Shown: piece by piece, positions 50,783 through 64,000 of the stretch
How the letters are laid out: each line of letters starts with the position of its first letter
How positions within the stretch are numbered: the stretch's first letter is position 1
Assembly: GCA_965235115.1 (NCBI GenBank)
Contig: OZ249436.1
Span: 22,756,001-22,820,000 of the forward strand
Direction of reading: 5' to 3'
Length of the DNA stretch: 64,000 bases
DNA from: Laetmonice hystrix
Lineage: Eukaryota
Made by a program: the position numbers and the translations under genes
The notes under the pieces: generated by a model
The model's input: the letters and a program-made list of their open reading frames with translations, nothing else
What the model was told of the DNA's origin: nothing
The model's database searches: none

Positions 50783-51049
50783 CAGGGGCGGATCCAGGAT
50801 TTTCGGTTGGGGGGGGGGGGGGGGGGGGCAAAGTTGATTTTATCCAGCTGAAATTTGGTGTTGTACTAATATGACGGGCGCCAGCCGGTGGGGCACGCCA
50901 CCGGTGGGAGGGATATTCCCTCCCACCGGCGGGGTCTGGGTGCCTCCCTTGGAAAATTTTTAAAAAAGGATACAATTTGGTACATTAGAAAAATTTTAGG
51001 GGGGCATGGCCCTTTTGCCCCCCCCCCCCCCCCCTTGGATCCGCCACTG
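50783..51049. mobile_element. MITE of the CAG(G/T)GGCGGATCC family with a 5-bp TSD
   Basis: CAGGGGCGGATCCA ... TGGATCCGCCACTG, flanked by GTCAC (50778-82, 51050-54). Confidence 0.85.
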
Positions 51050-53678
51050 GTCACTCAAGCGGCAGTACTCAGCCTGTGGCAGAGATTAAATGAAGTGAAC
51101 GATCTCTGTCCGGACAGTGGGTAAATGGCGCCAAACGAAAGTTCGTAATCTGCCGACAACAGTAACGCTTGCGTTATCTTGCATTGTTTTCAATATTTGA
51201 ACCAAAACTGGTTTTTAGGGGTTAAAAAAAAACATACATTGTATATGGCCGCCATATTTGCTCTGAACTGAGAATACATTATCATATCAATTGCCCCGCA
51301 TATGCTTCTCCTTTGCATCAAATTTGAAAGAAATCGGGATCCTTTTGATCGTCCCTGATCATTACTTGAACTAGCATGGACGTAAAATTAGTAGGCCCCG
51401 CCTCTTCGCCGTTGGGGCTCATCCTAAATAACACAATAAATCATGTTTCTGGGTTGGAAAAGGATTTCTTATTTAATGTTAAATGAATGATTGGACTGGT
51501 TTACTCAATTCGGCTTTAAATCTCACCCCCGGTTCTCGTTCACCTGAATTAATGGCACGGAAGGCATCTTACTTGCCTTGGATTATCCGGGCTTACATCA
51601 GCTCCATTAGCATTGCAAAGGTCCTGATATCTATTGACAAGGAATGACGCATGACGCCGAGGATTTTTACTTCTGGAGATACTTGTCCTTCCGCCGAGAC
51701 CTGACCCTGAAGGTGACCAATCATGGTAGAGCCACGTCTCGCGGCTCTCGAGACACGAGATGAGAACAGATTGCGCCGTTCTCCATGGAGAAAGCGATGT
51801 TGAGAATGGCTACGAACTGGTGCACTCAGTAAATAACTTGGAATCCTAACTGCTACTGATAGCAGTGGGAGCATATGATAGCGCTATAAACTGCCTCAGA
51901 TGGCGTCTGCTCGGCAGGTCTCGCTGTCAATGTTCCGTATGGCCAGAAAAGGATCTTTGTTAAAGGCTCGCCTGAGGGGCAGACCTCCGGCTACCGCCAC
52001 AGCAGCAGCAATGGTGACGATGATGTCTCGGTAATACCCGGATGGACAGATTTCGGAGAGACTTCGGCGCACAATGTTGAATGACCTAGGGTACTTCAGC
52101 TTTCGTTATTAGACTGGCTCACGAAAGGCCCTCCTACATTAGGCCTACACGGCTCCTCAGCCCACATATAGTCTGATAATCTGTTCGCCGTCTACCTAGC
52201 TTCTGCTGTCAACATCTAGGCCGACATATAATATACGCTAACTTCTGTCAGGCCAAGGTAGTTTACATATTTGTCAAAGACGTTTAATTCAGATGCATTG
52301 TACAATAAACCACACTATTACATGCTTAAAAGCCGCCTTGATATAAAAAGGTTTAAATTTTTTAATTTATTCAGTTTCTAAAACAGTTGTTATTTTTACT
52401 TTATAATTATTATTTTTACTTTATAACTTCGATATCATATGGTTTATGGTTGACCTAAAGTATGACTACATGTACATAATGCAATATATTCGTTGTTAGA
52501 TACCTGATTTGTGTCTACATTCTGATTCAGTGTACTTTCAGAACCATACCAGTCTATTTTCAGAATCCGCCGGCCTGTCGGCTTGGTGAATACTGCCCTT
52601 GACTGACAGCCTTTTACCGTGACAATGAAAAGGCCCGTTCAATAGTACATTTTTCGCAGTAACTGGCTGCTAAATGAACCGGGGGCAGGTGTTATTGGAG
52701 TGTAGCCATTTTAAAATCTTAAATCGCGACAGCACCATATTTAGCTGTCGCCCAGATTTGACAGAAGATTTGATGCTTTGCATGCAGTTGGTATGATTGG
52801 ACTGCGACTGGTCACAGCTTTGATGCCATATCCACATCCAACATATAGCTCAATAACATGATGTACAATAAGATTTTTTACCATCTCAGAAATATTAACA
52901 GAGGGAGCATTCACTAGTCGGAGTGCATGGGCTCTATGACGCTGACAAATTACCTGCAGCCTGTAGCACGGCGGGCAACGTAATGGTGATTTGTTGCTGC
53001 GGGTAGGATTGTGCCAAGTTGATCTAATGGAAGACCAACTCTGAAATACTGTATTATACGGGGCATTGGTCTATCAATAAATGAGAACTGGACCAGCTGC
53101 ACTGAAATTAATGTTCAGGTATTTCTTACGGGACACTCTAGGTACTTTAGTCCGACAGCCCAATAGTCCGACAGCCCACTTTGGCCTAAAACCAAATATA
53201 ACTAACCCTAAAGCTAACCTTAGATCTAACTCTAACCCATAGGGGATTGGTCTGTCGGACTAACGGTCCGTCCCCCAGTCTTCTACTGGTCAAGGCCACT
53301 TTTAGTATCAAGCCGCTGGCTTTACTGCACATGGAACACAGCCATAAAATCTGTGCTCCATGGCAGCGGCTTCCTCGCTGCTAACTTGTCATCGTGGTAC
53401 ACAGTGAAGAAGACTGTTATTAAGTATGGCTGTAAATCAAAAGACATGCAGGACACCATCTTTGACCGATCTCTCTGAATGAGACTATAGTTATACTGCC
53501 TGATTCGTTCTGTATTTATGGGCTAGCAGGTCAGGCACGTGTCACCAGGTCACGCACGTGTCACCTGTTCAGGCACGTGTCACCTGTCTGTAGTATGTAA
53601 GGCGATATCGGATATATTCGCGACTGCATCTTATTCTCCAGGTCCAATTGACAAGTGGCAACTATCCCAACACATAAG

Positions 53679-53894
53679 GGCCTGATCCACTAAGGTGATA
53701 TTCCGTGCGACGCCCATGCGATTTTGACATCCACCCTTTTATTTTACTGTCATTTTGAGATTTAAGGATGTCACCCACTTTTCTGAAACAGGGAAGGCCA
53801 GACACGAAAGATTTCAGAGTGAAATTCTACCATTACCCGGTAAATCAAAAATCGCACGGCCGTCGTAAGGGGAATGGCCTTAGTGGATCAGGCC
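53679..53894. mobile_element. MITE with GGCCTGATCCACTAAGG TIRs; body homologous to 15332-15544 in reverse orientation
   Basis: 17-bp perfect TIR. The internal sequence matches the reverse complement of ~15360-15515. Confidence 0.8.
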
Positions 53895-56800
53895 ATATAC
53901 TTTCCCTGTGTAGGTATCGTCTGCGACGCCCCTTTCTGGGCAACCAATTCCGGCTCCTGCCCCCAGCCATTTTCTTATACATAGTGATGTATTATGTGTT
54001 ATTATGATGTTCTATGTTCTGTGTTGTCCACCATTGAGGCACGCCGTGTCGATGTCTCCATCTATTGTGTTTCTACGGCAGCCAAGCATCAATTCAAAGA
54101 CTCCTAGTAATAACGTTCACCGTATAGTTCTCTCCATGAGCCCATAAAAAAGAAACGTGACCTCTTGGGAAAGGGCCAAAAATCTTCTTTTTTTTGTTTG
54201 ACTGTTACCAATAATCGATGGTGTTGTGAAGGTACGCTCACGTTCAGAACCGAAAACTCTTTCGTTTATGTTGGAAAATAACATGTTACAACGTCTACTG
54301 TTTGTTGAGAGAAGCAGCCATATTGTTATCTTCACGTCCCAGCCACTGGCTTGGTTGTTAACAAAACGGGGGAACAAGCGTCCGCCCTGTGAAATATGTG
54401 CGAGCTATTGGGACGAATGGCATCAGGAAGTCAGGAATACTACTTCGGGAATCCCACATTTCCGAATAATTTTGATGACACTTTTCAATCATCGGAACTC
54501 TGGGAACATGATTCACTGGTCTATACAACACTAAGATTGCTGTCTTGACAAGGATCAAATGACGCATACAGTATGATTTATGCTGCCTCAGCACTTTCCT
54601 CTCCTAATCTGTATATGTCTGACAACAATGGCGGCCTGGGAGGCGATAATCAGGCTTATCGGCAAAATGTGTCAGACACACGGAAATGTTCGCCAAGACA
54701 GGCAATGTAGACAAGCTAATACTTTTAATTTGTGATACTCAATCGATAATAATGTATGAATCATCATCAGTAGAAAATGCAACTATATGTAAAAATCGTT
54801 GGGCTTGCCAGCACGGATTCGGTTTTATTATGCCATTTCCCATTCATGTTCTTTACCGATTGAGAGATATAGAAATTATTAACCAATCATAAGATACCAG
54901 TAATGGAACTTAATGATGCATAAAACATCAGTTATACTCCATCACTAAATCACGCTGGCTCCTAATCAAAGTTCTACTTTTTCAGGCCCCTAGGCCCACC
55001 CCTTCAGTACCAGAACATGCAATTGATATTTTTCAAAAATCGTTTGATGCTATTTTTAAAAACGTAGGTTAATTCACTTCCTCTATTCCGGTAGACATAT
55101 ACTGGGTATAAATCAATATTAAACACGCACAGAAATATACATGACAAATTCTGCAATCTTGTTATCTTTAAAATACTGTTTTGAGAAACCTGTACTGTAC
55201 TGAGAACACAACAATTTCTATACAACGTAATAGGATGAGATAATACGTGACTATAGCGTGCGTGCATGTGGTCTGTCTAATGCTACCGTGGATAATGATG
55301 ATTTTTTCAATAAAACACGGACTCTAAGGTAAAGCTAGCGATCTTTACATTCACTGGCCTGGTTCAGATCGAGGCCATTCTAACCTGTCCCAAATAAATG
55401 ACAATTATAAATAAAATCATGATGGATTATATCATTTAAGTTGTCAAATGAAAGCTCAGACAGTGATCTTTCCAGCGACTGCGGATTTATTTCATAATTG
55501 ATCCCGAGAGGTTATAAATTATTATCATGTATTTCTCGATTCCCCCCCCCCTTTTTTTTTGGGGGGGGGGTACACACTGTAGTATCACATAGGCCTACGA
55601 ATGGCTATCTATATGGGGGATCAGGTAAAATAATGAAAAAGTCGACAAATGGGGCGAGGGCTGGTGTTGAGAAGTGGTAGTAGTGTTGGCTTTGGTATGT
55701 CCATCCTTATACAAAGTATGCGCTACTAAGGCTGCATATACAAGATTTTATTCCGGTGTCGGTGGGGTTGCTCCCTTCATCCTCAAAAACACCCCTTGTG
55801 ACTCGGGGGGTACATTAGGTCCCATGATTGTCTAGTTCCAACATGCCTGTTCATTGCTATTTTTCTCAAGTGCAAGATTTTGAAACACCTCCCAAATGTT
55901 CTTCATGGATTTAATAATACTGTCCTTGTGTTTTTTAGTGCTTTTTAAACAAGTGGTTGGTTTGTCTTGCGTGATACGCATGTGTGCCCTATAGGCCTAC
56001 GTATTGCAAATGTAGTAGGATGCCACCTCGCCGGTTCTACCAGTTCTTCCCTAACCGATTGCTGAACAACATGTTAGAGATAACTTTACTGGCAACTGTT
56101 TTTTAGAATGCATTTTAGGTGCGAAGGTGGATTTGTATCAATGGACCGCCAAACAGAGCTCGTCATGTTAGGTCCGATGGTGGACAATGGACTACCAAAC
56201 AGACCTCTTCATGTCAAGCCCGAGGGTGGGCAGGTCTCTTTCCCATGCACTCTCGTTTTTGGGTCAATGGGCGACTCGCAGAGAAAGAGTTAAATCCTTC
56301 AAATAAAGAAACGGCACCGATTGTTATCTCTATGAATACATGATTACTTGGTGCACTACCTGTTGAAGTGTTGTGACCAATTTAGAAAATGATGCGCTCC
56401 TTCTGTAATATGTTACCGCCGGTTTTGTAAACGAATGGAGCTATTATGGTCCATGCTCGCCAGTCCGCCATTTTATTTTTGTACTGCGCATATGCAAATG
56501 ATACCGGAAAAGGCAGGAATGGCCACGGGGTGGTTTAAAGTGTCGGCTTTAATTTACAAGAAAAGGCCCAAAAACTCATAATCACCTTAGGAACAGACGA
56601 TTTAGTGAAAACTATATGCACACTGACAGGGGCATTTCATTGCAACTAGAAATCCCGACAGGGGTTTGAAATCGGCGTTGAAACCGAGCAAATCGTCGCA
56701 TTTGATAAATTCCCTATGGCCTCTCCCACATCCTTAACGCAGACGTAGTTAGGGGTGGCCACGTCGATCTACGTAGGACGTACGGACGAACGTACGGGCA

Positions 56801-59800
56801 GAGCGTAAACAGTCCTGACTCAAGGCTAGATACAGTTAGATACCTAGTTACCGTATATCTCTCCATCAATAAGCCGTTGTGATACCCGAGTAGCCCTACA
56901 CGTACCTCCTTCTGTATGTCAGTGCGGTCTTTCTCTCCAGTCCTCTACTATCATATCCTGGAGCACCCAGCCGCTGTCAACCCCACCTACGCCCACAGTG
57001 ACCGCCCCCTCCTCTCCAGGTCACAAGGACGCCACAGGACCAAGGGCGACAATCGACATTCCACCACACCACCAATTTCTTGACCAGTAAGGGTGGGCCC
57101 TAAAGGTCAAAAGTCATTCGCTGCACATCGGAGGAGTCGTAATGCCATCTGGTGACATTATTATTTTGGAATAGGTAGTAACGCTAGCGCACTGTGCACG
57201 TAATATCTGTGGCGCTCCCGTCTGAATCAGGCCGACATTGAGTCTCTGATGGTAAGGAGCAAGCTCAGAGAAAAACTCCCCCCCCCCTACCAGAACCTTC
57301 CTTGTCCAAAACCATAATCTTAACTTTTACATAATAGGCCTCCATCTATAACGTTGCCATGGTTACCAATGACCCTTTTCCTCGTTGCGACCCCTGTATT
57401 TGGGGATTTCTTTACCTAAGGGTTTTCAAGCTTTCCTAAGCCTGTCAACTCATATATTATGTCCATTCAGCCACCATCAAGCCATAAGCTCATATCCATA
57501 TCACATACTCATCAAAATTTCTCTGCCTTGGGATGTGTAACGTTATATCGTGTAATAAAGCTGAAAATTTAAAAGTCACGTTTCTTTCAGATCACGTTCA
57601 TATCAGAGAAAGCATACAGTTTCGTATTGGGGTCATTGTACAAGATTGGCGACGACATGGGGAGATTTTTAATTATGACGGCGATATGCCGTGCCATGGC
57701 GACACTCATCGCCATAATTATGGCGCCACATTTCTCGATTTGGCGACAGGCGTCGCAAAGGCCGCGAGAACTAAATGACATTTTGCATTCAGTGGGTATA
57801 GGCCTACTGGTAGGCCTACTGGACCAGTGGTACTGGTGTCGCATGCAGGATGGTCTCCGTGTAATATAGACGGAGTATCGTCCCAGTGTAGGGACGGACA
57901 GCGCTAACGCGAAAAAAACTACCTCCTATGTCAATCACTCGCTGTGCAAAATCCATCGTAACTATAGTATACTGCCAGTTGAGGTGTCAATTCTAACGCA
58001 GCCCATCTTCTGTTCCTCTGCTGCACACTTTTCCGAGGATTTTTGCCCAAAGTTTTAATAAATCAGACTTTCGAAATTCCGAATCGCGCTGGTTCACTGC
58101 CGTTAGCCGCCATACTGTTTGTTCTACTGCGCATGTTCAAAACATGTGCACTGGCGACCAGCAGGGGAGCATTCATTATTCTAGACCAAACAGCAATTCC
58201 TCCATTATGGCGCCAAACTAATAGCCAACGTCTGAAATGGCTGCTCCCTTCGTGAGCTTGACCCCGGATGTGGGTTTAAAAAAATGGCGCCGGTTGTAAG
58301 ACTATGGAAAGTGGTCGCTTGGTTTGGAAAATGGGCCGAATCTGTTGCTTAGAGGAACACCAAGTAAGTTCATTGGGCTCAGTAGCTGAAGGTAAAGGCA
58401 ATCTTTTTATTTGAAGTGATGGAAGAGGTAGGGGTGCACATTCATTCTGCGGGTTGAACGTTTGTTCTCGTAGCCGTTCGCTAGCTGATAGGCCGTACAC
58501 ACGGACGGCCTATGTGAGAGGCTACGTGTAATAATGGTCCGCCGGACCGTTTTACAATATGCAATATGGCCGGGGGACCAAATTGCTGACCTCCGGACCA
58601 TATTGCATATGCAATCAGACCCCCCTCCATGCAATTTGGTCCCTCATTCTATTATTGAAAATGTCTTTATAAGTTTTATGTTTGCTATTTTCCTTGTCCG
58701 GTGTTGCTTCTTTTTTTCTTCATGGTAGGCCTAATTAATTTTTAAAGATATTTAGGCTAACTGGCAATACCTATGCCTAAATCGTGTTCGCAGAGATAAA
58801 CTAAAAATGCAGCCTAGCTATAGATCCTTGTCATTATCAAAATATGTTGGATCATGAACCAAAAAATATTTTAATAATTATCAAATTTGTGTAATTTTGG
58901 CTATACTAAATCGACGGGCGTATTTACTACTAAATCTTTTAATTCATAATTTGTATTTATGCACGGAAATCTGCAAACCACCTGATTTACCCTAATACGA
59001 TGGGGACCTTTTCTACAGTGCAAAAAGATCGGCTAGGACCATTTTGCACGGAGGACCAGACTGCATCTGACACCGGTGCCAAATGTCGATTTTCCACTAG
59101 TGGCCGACTTGGCAGGCGCCATCGAATTGGACAGGGATCAAAGATAATAGTGATGTTCACTCCAGCCATTTGGACCACGTGGTCAGACCAGCGTCAAAGT
59201 GACCGAAGCTGCTACCATATCTGTCGCTTCTCAAGCACAGTATCGAGCCCACATTGCCACATTGCCTACCTAAATAGGTGACACTGATGCTGGCTACAAT
59301 GGCTGTGTTATTGGCAATATGGCCCTGGTTCTGGATATATGACCCGTGCTATATAAGCAGTATGACCACAGAATATATGTCTGTTGAAATACGCAGGATA
59401 TCTTCTCGAACCAAGCCTCTCGGTATTGGAAACACAAGGTGATAGGATTAGGATATCTTATACATTGGGATGTCATCCTATGGAGAGATGAGGCTGGTTG
59501 GCCAAGCGGCCTAGTTTTAAAACCAATGGGATGGGGGAGGGGCAGAAATAATCAGCACAAGGCTATACAAGAGTACCACTTTAGGAGTAGAAATCTCTCA
59601 CGCTGATTTGTCCGTCAACATAAATCAGAAAGGTTGGTAGAATAGAAATAAATGTGATACTACGGGAAACCAGATGCAAAAGTGTTTCAATTTTGGGACA
59701 GACACATAGCAGGGCATAATGGCATCTTACGCTTGTGATTTCATACTTAGCCAAACATTCTCTGGGACCGTCACGGTTTAAAGAACAATTATTTCTTCAT

Positions 59801-60880
59801 GGCCTTATACTTTTGCTGAGAGTAAAGGTCCACTAGCTCAAGAAACCTCCACTCCAGTAATACATGACCTCTGCCTCGATATCGTAATGGAAATGTTTGA
59901 CAGAAGGTGCGTACTTTAAACTGAGAACAGCCATACTAACAATTGCATTTATTCTCTTTGCCTCATATTTCAAGCAATGCCTTAAATACATTCCTTACAT
60001 CTGTATGTTTCCCCAGTATTTTCTTTAACTATAGAAAATATGTCATTCTTCCGATATTTTAAAAGTTTTAAATTGGATTACTGATAATCCCTCCCATCCA
60101 CTGGGTAGAACTTGAACACACCCTGATAATAACCACTGGAGTCTTGCAATGCAGGTTTTACGTCATGCCACGTGACCAGTGACGTCATCATCCTCAGAGA
60201 GTGCCGTGTCACATGATGAGTCGAGGGTTAGGCCGAACACTTGGGACGGAATGCAGGCACAACTCGTTATGGCCCGCCGAGGCCTTCTCTACAATAGCAG
60301 AATCCGTCCCCGTCAACCACTCGGTAATATCTCCGTCCTTTCGCCAGTTTTCACCACGACCACAGTCCCAGAGGTATTGCCGTATAAGTGAGTTTATAAA
60401 ACAGGGGTTCATTTTGGTAGACAACCAATAATGAATGACTGAGAGCCAAGGCATCTGTCGTTTTTCACGTGTTTGTTACCAGAAAGAAGCCTTTTGTGAG
60501 ACTGACTGTCTCACAGGTGCACTTTGACAGAATCTACAGTTAAAAATGAAAGGCTTTTGATGGATCACCCACATTTACCAGCGTCCCTCGCGTACAAGAC
60601 TAACTAGTCCTCACTAAGTTGAAATTGAAAATCTATCGATTTGCGTTTTAAGGGCAGCTTTTGCAATTATGCAGAATTCTCAAATATGGGCACATAACAA
60701 AGCTTTCTTATATACATTTGGGGGTGCAGTTTTGTGTTGTAAAATGTCCGCCTCGATAAAGACCCTGCTTCAATGAGATCAAAATGCCAGCTGCGCTTAC
60801 TTTTCTCGTCTATTTGAGTCGGACAGGGAATAGCTGAATTTATCAAATTTTCTGTTAAGCATCCAACTAGAACTGCTTAA

Positions 60881-61196
60881 GGTCATGTTCTACACTAAGT
60901 CAAACCCACTACATATCATTATTATGTATTTGTTTAGAAACAACACGTGTTTCTGATTTTAAAAAAAGTAAAAATATCCATGTTACCATGCAGGGCAAAC
61001 CCAAGGCTTTGCACAGGCATTATTTCCCATAAACCTAAGCTAATAACAAAAAAAACAACCACGCTGACTTTGTAAATGAAAAATACTTGTTCTTTGCATT
61101 GAAATGCATTATATTGATATGTAGTGGGTTTGGGTTGGACACACTGGTTACCATGGCGAGATATGGTGGAAGATTTGATAGGTGCTGTGCATGACC
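60881..61196. mobile_element. TTAA-flanked MITE (Kolobok-like GG..CC ends)
   Basis: TTAA|GGTCATG ... CATGACC|TTAA, with subterminal inverted CAAACCCACTACATATCA / TGATATGTAGTGGGTTTG. Confidence 0.6.
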
Positions 61197-61523
61197 TTAA
61201 GGTAGAACTCTCAAATGTATAGTGTTGAGGCTAATAGGCCACAGCACATTAAACTGCAGGAGTCACTTGTCCCACCTAGTTTTGGACTGAGAACCTGGAT
61301 AAATGCCTTAATCTTGTAGTCTTCTTAGTGTTTGGTCTTCTTGGTGCTTATTGGAAAGCATGACAGGCCTGCTGGGTGATGACGCCCGTTTCATTGGGAG
61401 ATACCGAAAACCTATCGTGGCGCCACCTAATATTTATTTGCACTAAACGCGAACTACACTTTCAGGCCCGTTGTTAGTACCTAAAACTCTACCACGATCG
61501 TCATACATCGATTTTGTTAGTTA

Positions 61524-62153
61524 TACCCCCATCACACTAGAAGGCGATCTAGCTGCGCTCTAGAAAATGGGCCAGATCGCCGTAGAGCGTGGATAGAGTG
61601 CCTTGAGGTCCTTCTGAGCGTCATAGGAGCGAGATAGTGTCTCCCTGGGTCGTCATATGGTCACCATGAGCGCCATTAGCGGCGACCAATTTTGAACATG
61701 CACAAAATTTACGCCGCAGGGTCGCCGTGGATCTAAAAGCGCAGTTAGATCGAAATGCGATCACCATCAGCGTCCTAGGAGCGCAGTACCAGATTCCTGA
61801 GAGCGCAGGTCGAGCGCCAGTGAACGGTGTAGCATCGGCCTTCCCGTCCCATGGCGCTGGCCCGGCGCTCTTACCACGATGCTACCGAGACCTCGGTGAC
61901 CCTAATGAGCCCTTTACACGCTCCGCACGGTGCTGCCGCTGCGCTCATGACGTCACAGCTGCGTTCTTGCTGCGCAGTGAGCGCAGTGTGATCGTATAGG
62001 ACGTGGTAGCAACGCCATACGACGTCGTGGCAGCAGGGTGGGAGCGGCATTGCAGTCACACTTGGAGGGGTTTTCTGATGTTGACGGCGACCAACGGCGA
62101 TCTGCGAGGTCGCCGTGGTCGCCGTAAGGTCTTTATCCAGTGTGATGGGGGTA
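61524..62153. mobile_element. Non-autonomous PIF/Harbinger-type element (630 bp)
   Basis: 15-bp TIR TACCCCCATCACACT / AGTGTGATGGGGGTA with a TTA 3-bp TSD on both sides and a GC-rich body. Confidence 0.85.
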
Positions 62154-62927
62154 TTACGAGCTAAATATGAATCACGTTACTTACGAGAGAAGTGGAGAAG
62201 AATATAATTATCTCAAAATGTGTTCTCGAAGAAATGGTTAGGTTACATAAGTTGGTTCCGAGTTTGTTTAATATTAACTAATAAAGAGATTTAACCAATC
62301 TTGATTAAAGTCAGTTAACCACGATTTTAACCAACTTAGTTACTTAACCACTTTCTTGAAACGGGGGCCAGACGGCAGCATTACAGTCATTCTTACAACC
62401 ACATCCCGGCTTCTCATACAGTAACGGTGTTGACAATAACAAAAAATAAACTACAAAATAAACTAAGGTATTTACTATGACTAACACTAGGGGCTCAAAT
62501 GCGATTACCGATGAATATGGACTCAGCAGCTTCTACGTGCACGTTGATAACGCGGCATTTCTGTCTGCCAACGTGCCCAAAGTCGGCATGTAACGTATGA
62601 ACTTTTTTTTTCATAATGAAACACGCTAAGCCCGATTTGGCTGCCACTTGACGTAGAACACATTTTCTCCTTCTTAAAGTGCAACTGACATCACATAGGT
62701 AACTTTACTGATCTAGATAGATCACTTTGAGTTGTAGACGTGTCAACTGATCAATTCAGCGCATGCTCAATAGATGCAAAGATGGGCACAAATGGCTGCG
62801 CCGCTGAAGCCAATGATTTTGATACGGTTGTCATGTTCGACATATGACTTCTTGGAATGGGGGGACATTTATTTCCAACCACTACTGTGAAAGGGGAGTA
62901 TATATAGAGGCCTTGCAGCTGTCCAAA

Positions 62928-63086
62928 TGTGATTTTTGACTGGACTTCTCCTTTAAGTTTTTCATGGAGGTCATTGAATGTCTGTGGTAGCATACGAAAG
63001 CACTGGAAAAGGTTGTCTTCGTATGAAAACTGTTGCTTTACCAAATGGTGATATTCGCCAAATTGTGTTCTTTGCAAAAGGATGTA
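62928..63086 (-). pseudogene. PIF/Harbinger transposase N-terminal remnant
   Basis: ILLQRTQFGEYHHLVKQQFSYEDNLFQCFRMLPQTFNDLHEKLKGEV matches the typical 'R..FGEYHHL..EL..D...F..YFRM...TF..L' pattern. No DDE core follows. Confidence 0.65.
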
Positions 63087-63316
63087 ATTATAGTTAGTAT
63101 TCACAGGCCCTTCTTCTGGCTTTTCGTCTCTTTGTTGTAGATGTACATACACCTGACAAAAGTTAGAATTTCTCGGTAATAATAGAGTCGTACATTCAAC
63201 CGACCGTGTCCTGTCAATTTCGCATTACATCTCAAATTTCGAGTTTTGTAAAGTCGTATGGAAAACTTAGTCAGCGTGCAGAAGGACGTTCGCTTTAGTG
63301 CCACCATCCTGACATT

Positions 63317-63580
63317 CTGACAAATGCAGAACGGGGAGAAATCGTCTGCCTCGTAGAGGAAGGTGTTTCGGCCCAAAATATTGTCAGACGGTTTCACTGT
63401 TGCTGTCCAACAGTTTACCGCGTATTGGAGAGGTACCAATAAACTACAGACAAGAGAAAGTTTTACAGAAGTGATCGGCTGAGAAAGACCACAGCGAGAG
63501 AAGATCGACGTCATCGCAGGACAATGCGCAGAAGAATGGCCGCAATAATTCGGTCACGTGGCTACCCTACAAAATACTAA
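63317..63580 (+). pseudogene. Internally deleted Tc1-like transposase (N-terminal HTH fused to the extreme C-terminus)
   Basis: Manual translation, absent from the ORF track: LTNAERGEIVCLVEEGVSAQNIVRRFHCCCPTVYRVLERYQ*TTDKRKFYRSDRLRKTTAREDRRHRRTMRRRMAAIIRSRGYPTKY*. It has a Tc1 'RPRKTT.REDR'-like linker and an 'M.RR..AVI..RG.PTKY' end. Confidence 0.8.
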
Positions 63581-64000
63581 ATGACTTGAGTCCCATCATG
63601 AAAAATTAACACTATGTACTGTTTAACATCGAGTGTAAGTACTGAATAAAAGTCAAAACTGGCAAATAATAAAGATGTTATTTCAAACTGAACGTTGATG
63701 TCTCTCCAGTCTATACCTATGTTGGCATTTATGTCTATTGTGTGTACAGTGCTTAGTCCTTCAATGTCTTTATCTCTTCCTTGTCCTTGTTCAAAAGGAC
63801 GAGTTTGTAAGCCAATGGTCCGTGAACAGCGTGTAACGCCTGCTTTTTATGTCAAGGTGGAGACAGTTCACCGCTGCGCCTCCTCCAAGCGTTTTCCCCG
63901 GCGTGAACACGCGCGGTAAAACGTACGCGAAGGTGTAGCCAGACCTTTACGTTGCAGGAAGTCTTTATAAAGCGTTGTTGTTCGCCCTAATTTTTGGTTA

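Noticed and set aside
51593..52090. GC-richer, coding-looking minus-strand stretch
   Set aside because: Only short ORFs with no recognisable motif.

Overview
Repeat-rich, intron-containing animal genomic DNA, probably from an invertebrate bilaterian (taxon not determinable here); it is not prokaryotic. Two host genes point toward each other: the last two coding exons of a Lines/LINS1 homolog (+, 782-950 and 1662-2832) and a 2.8-kb terminal coding exon of a CSPG4/NG2 (kon-tiki/perdido-type) proteoglycan (-, 27986-30798). No upstream CSPG4 exon is visible in the remaining 33 kb. The rest is dense with non-autonomous DNA transposons, minisatellites and hairpins. A nested cluster at 34.5-39.6 kb can be reconstructed from sequence: a 1.85-kb foldback element with an ATCT target duplication interrupts a LINE reverse transcriptase, and a probable solo LTR sits inside a related TIR element. 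Harbinger and Tc1 transposase remnants are also present. I found no convincing novel multi-gene system; the best leads are unusual protein features and transposon architectures.
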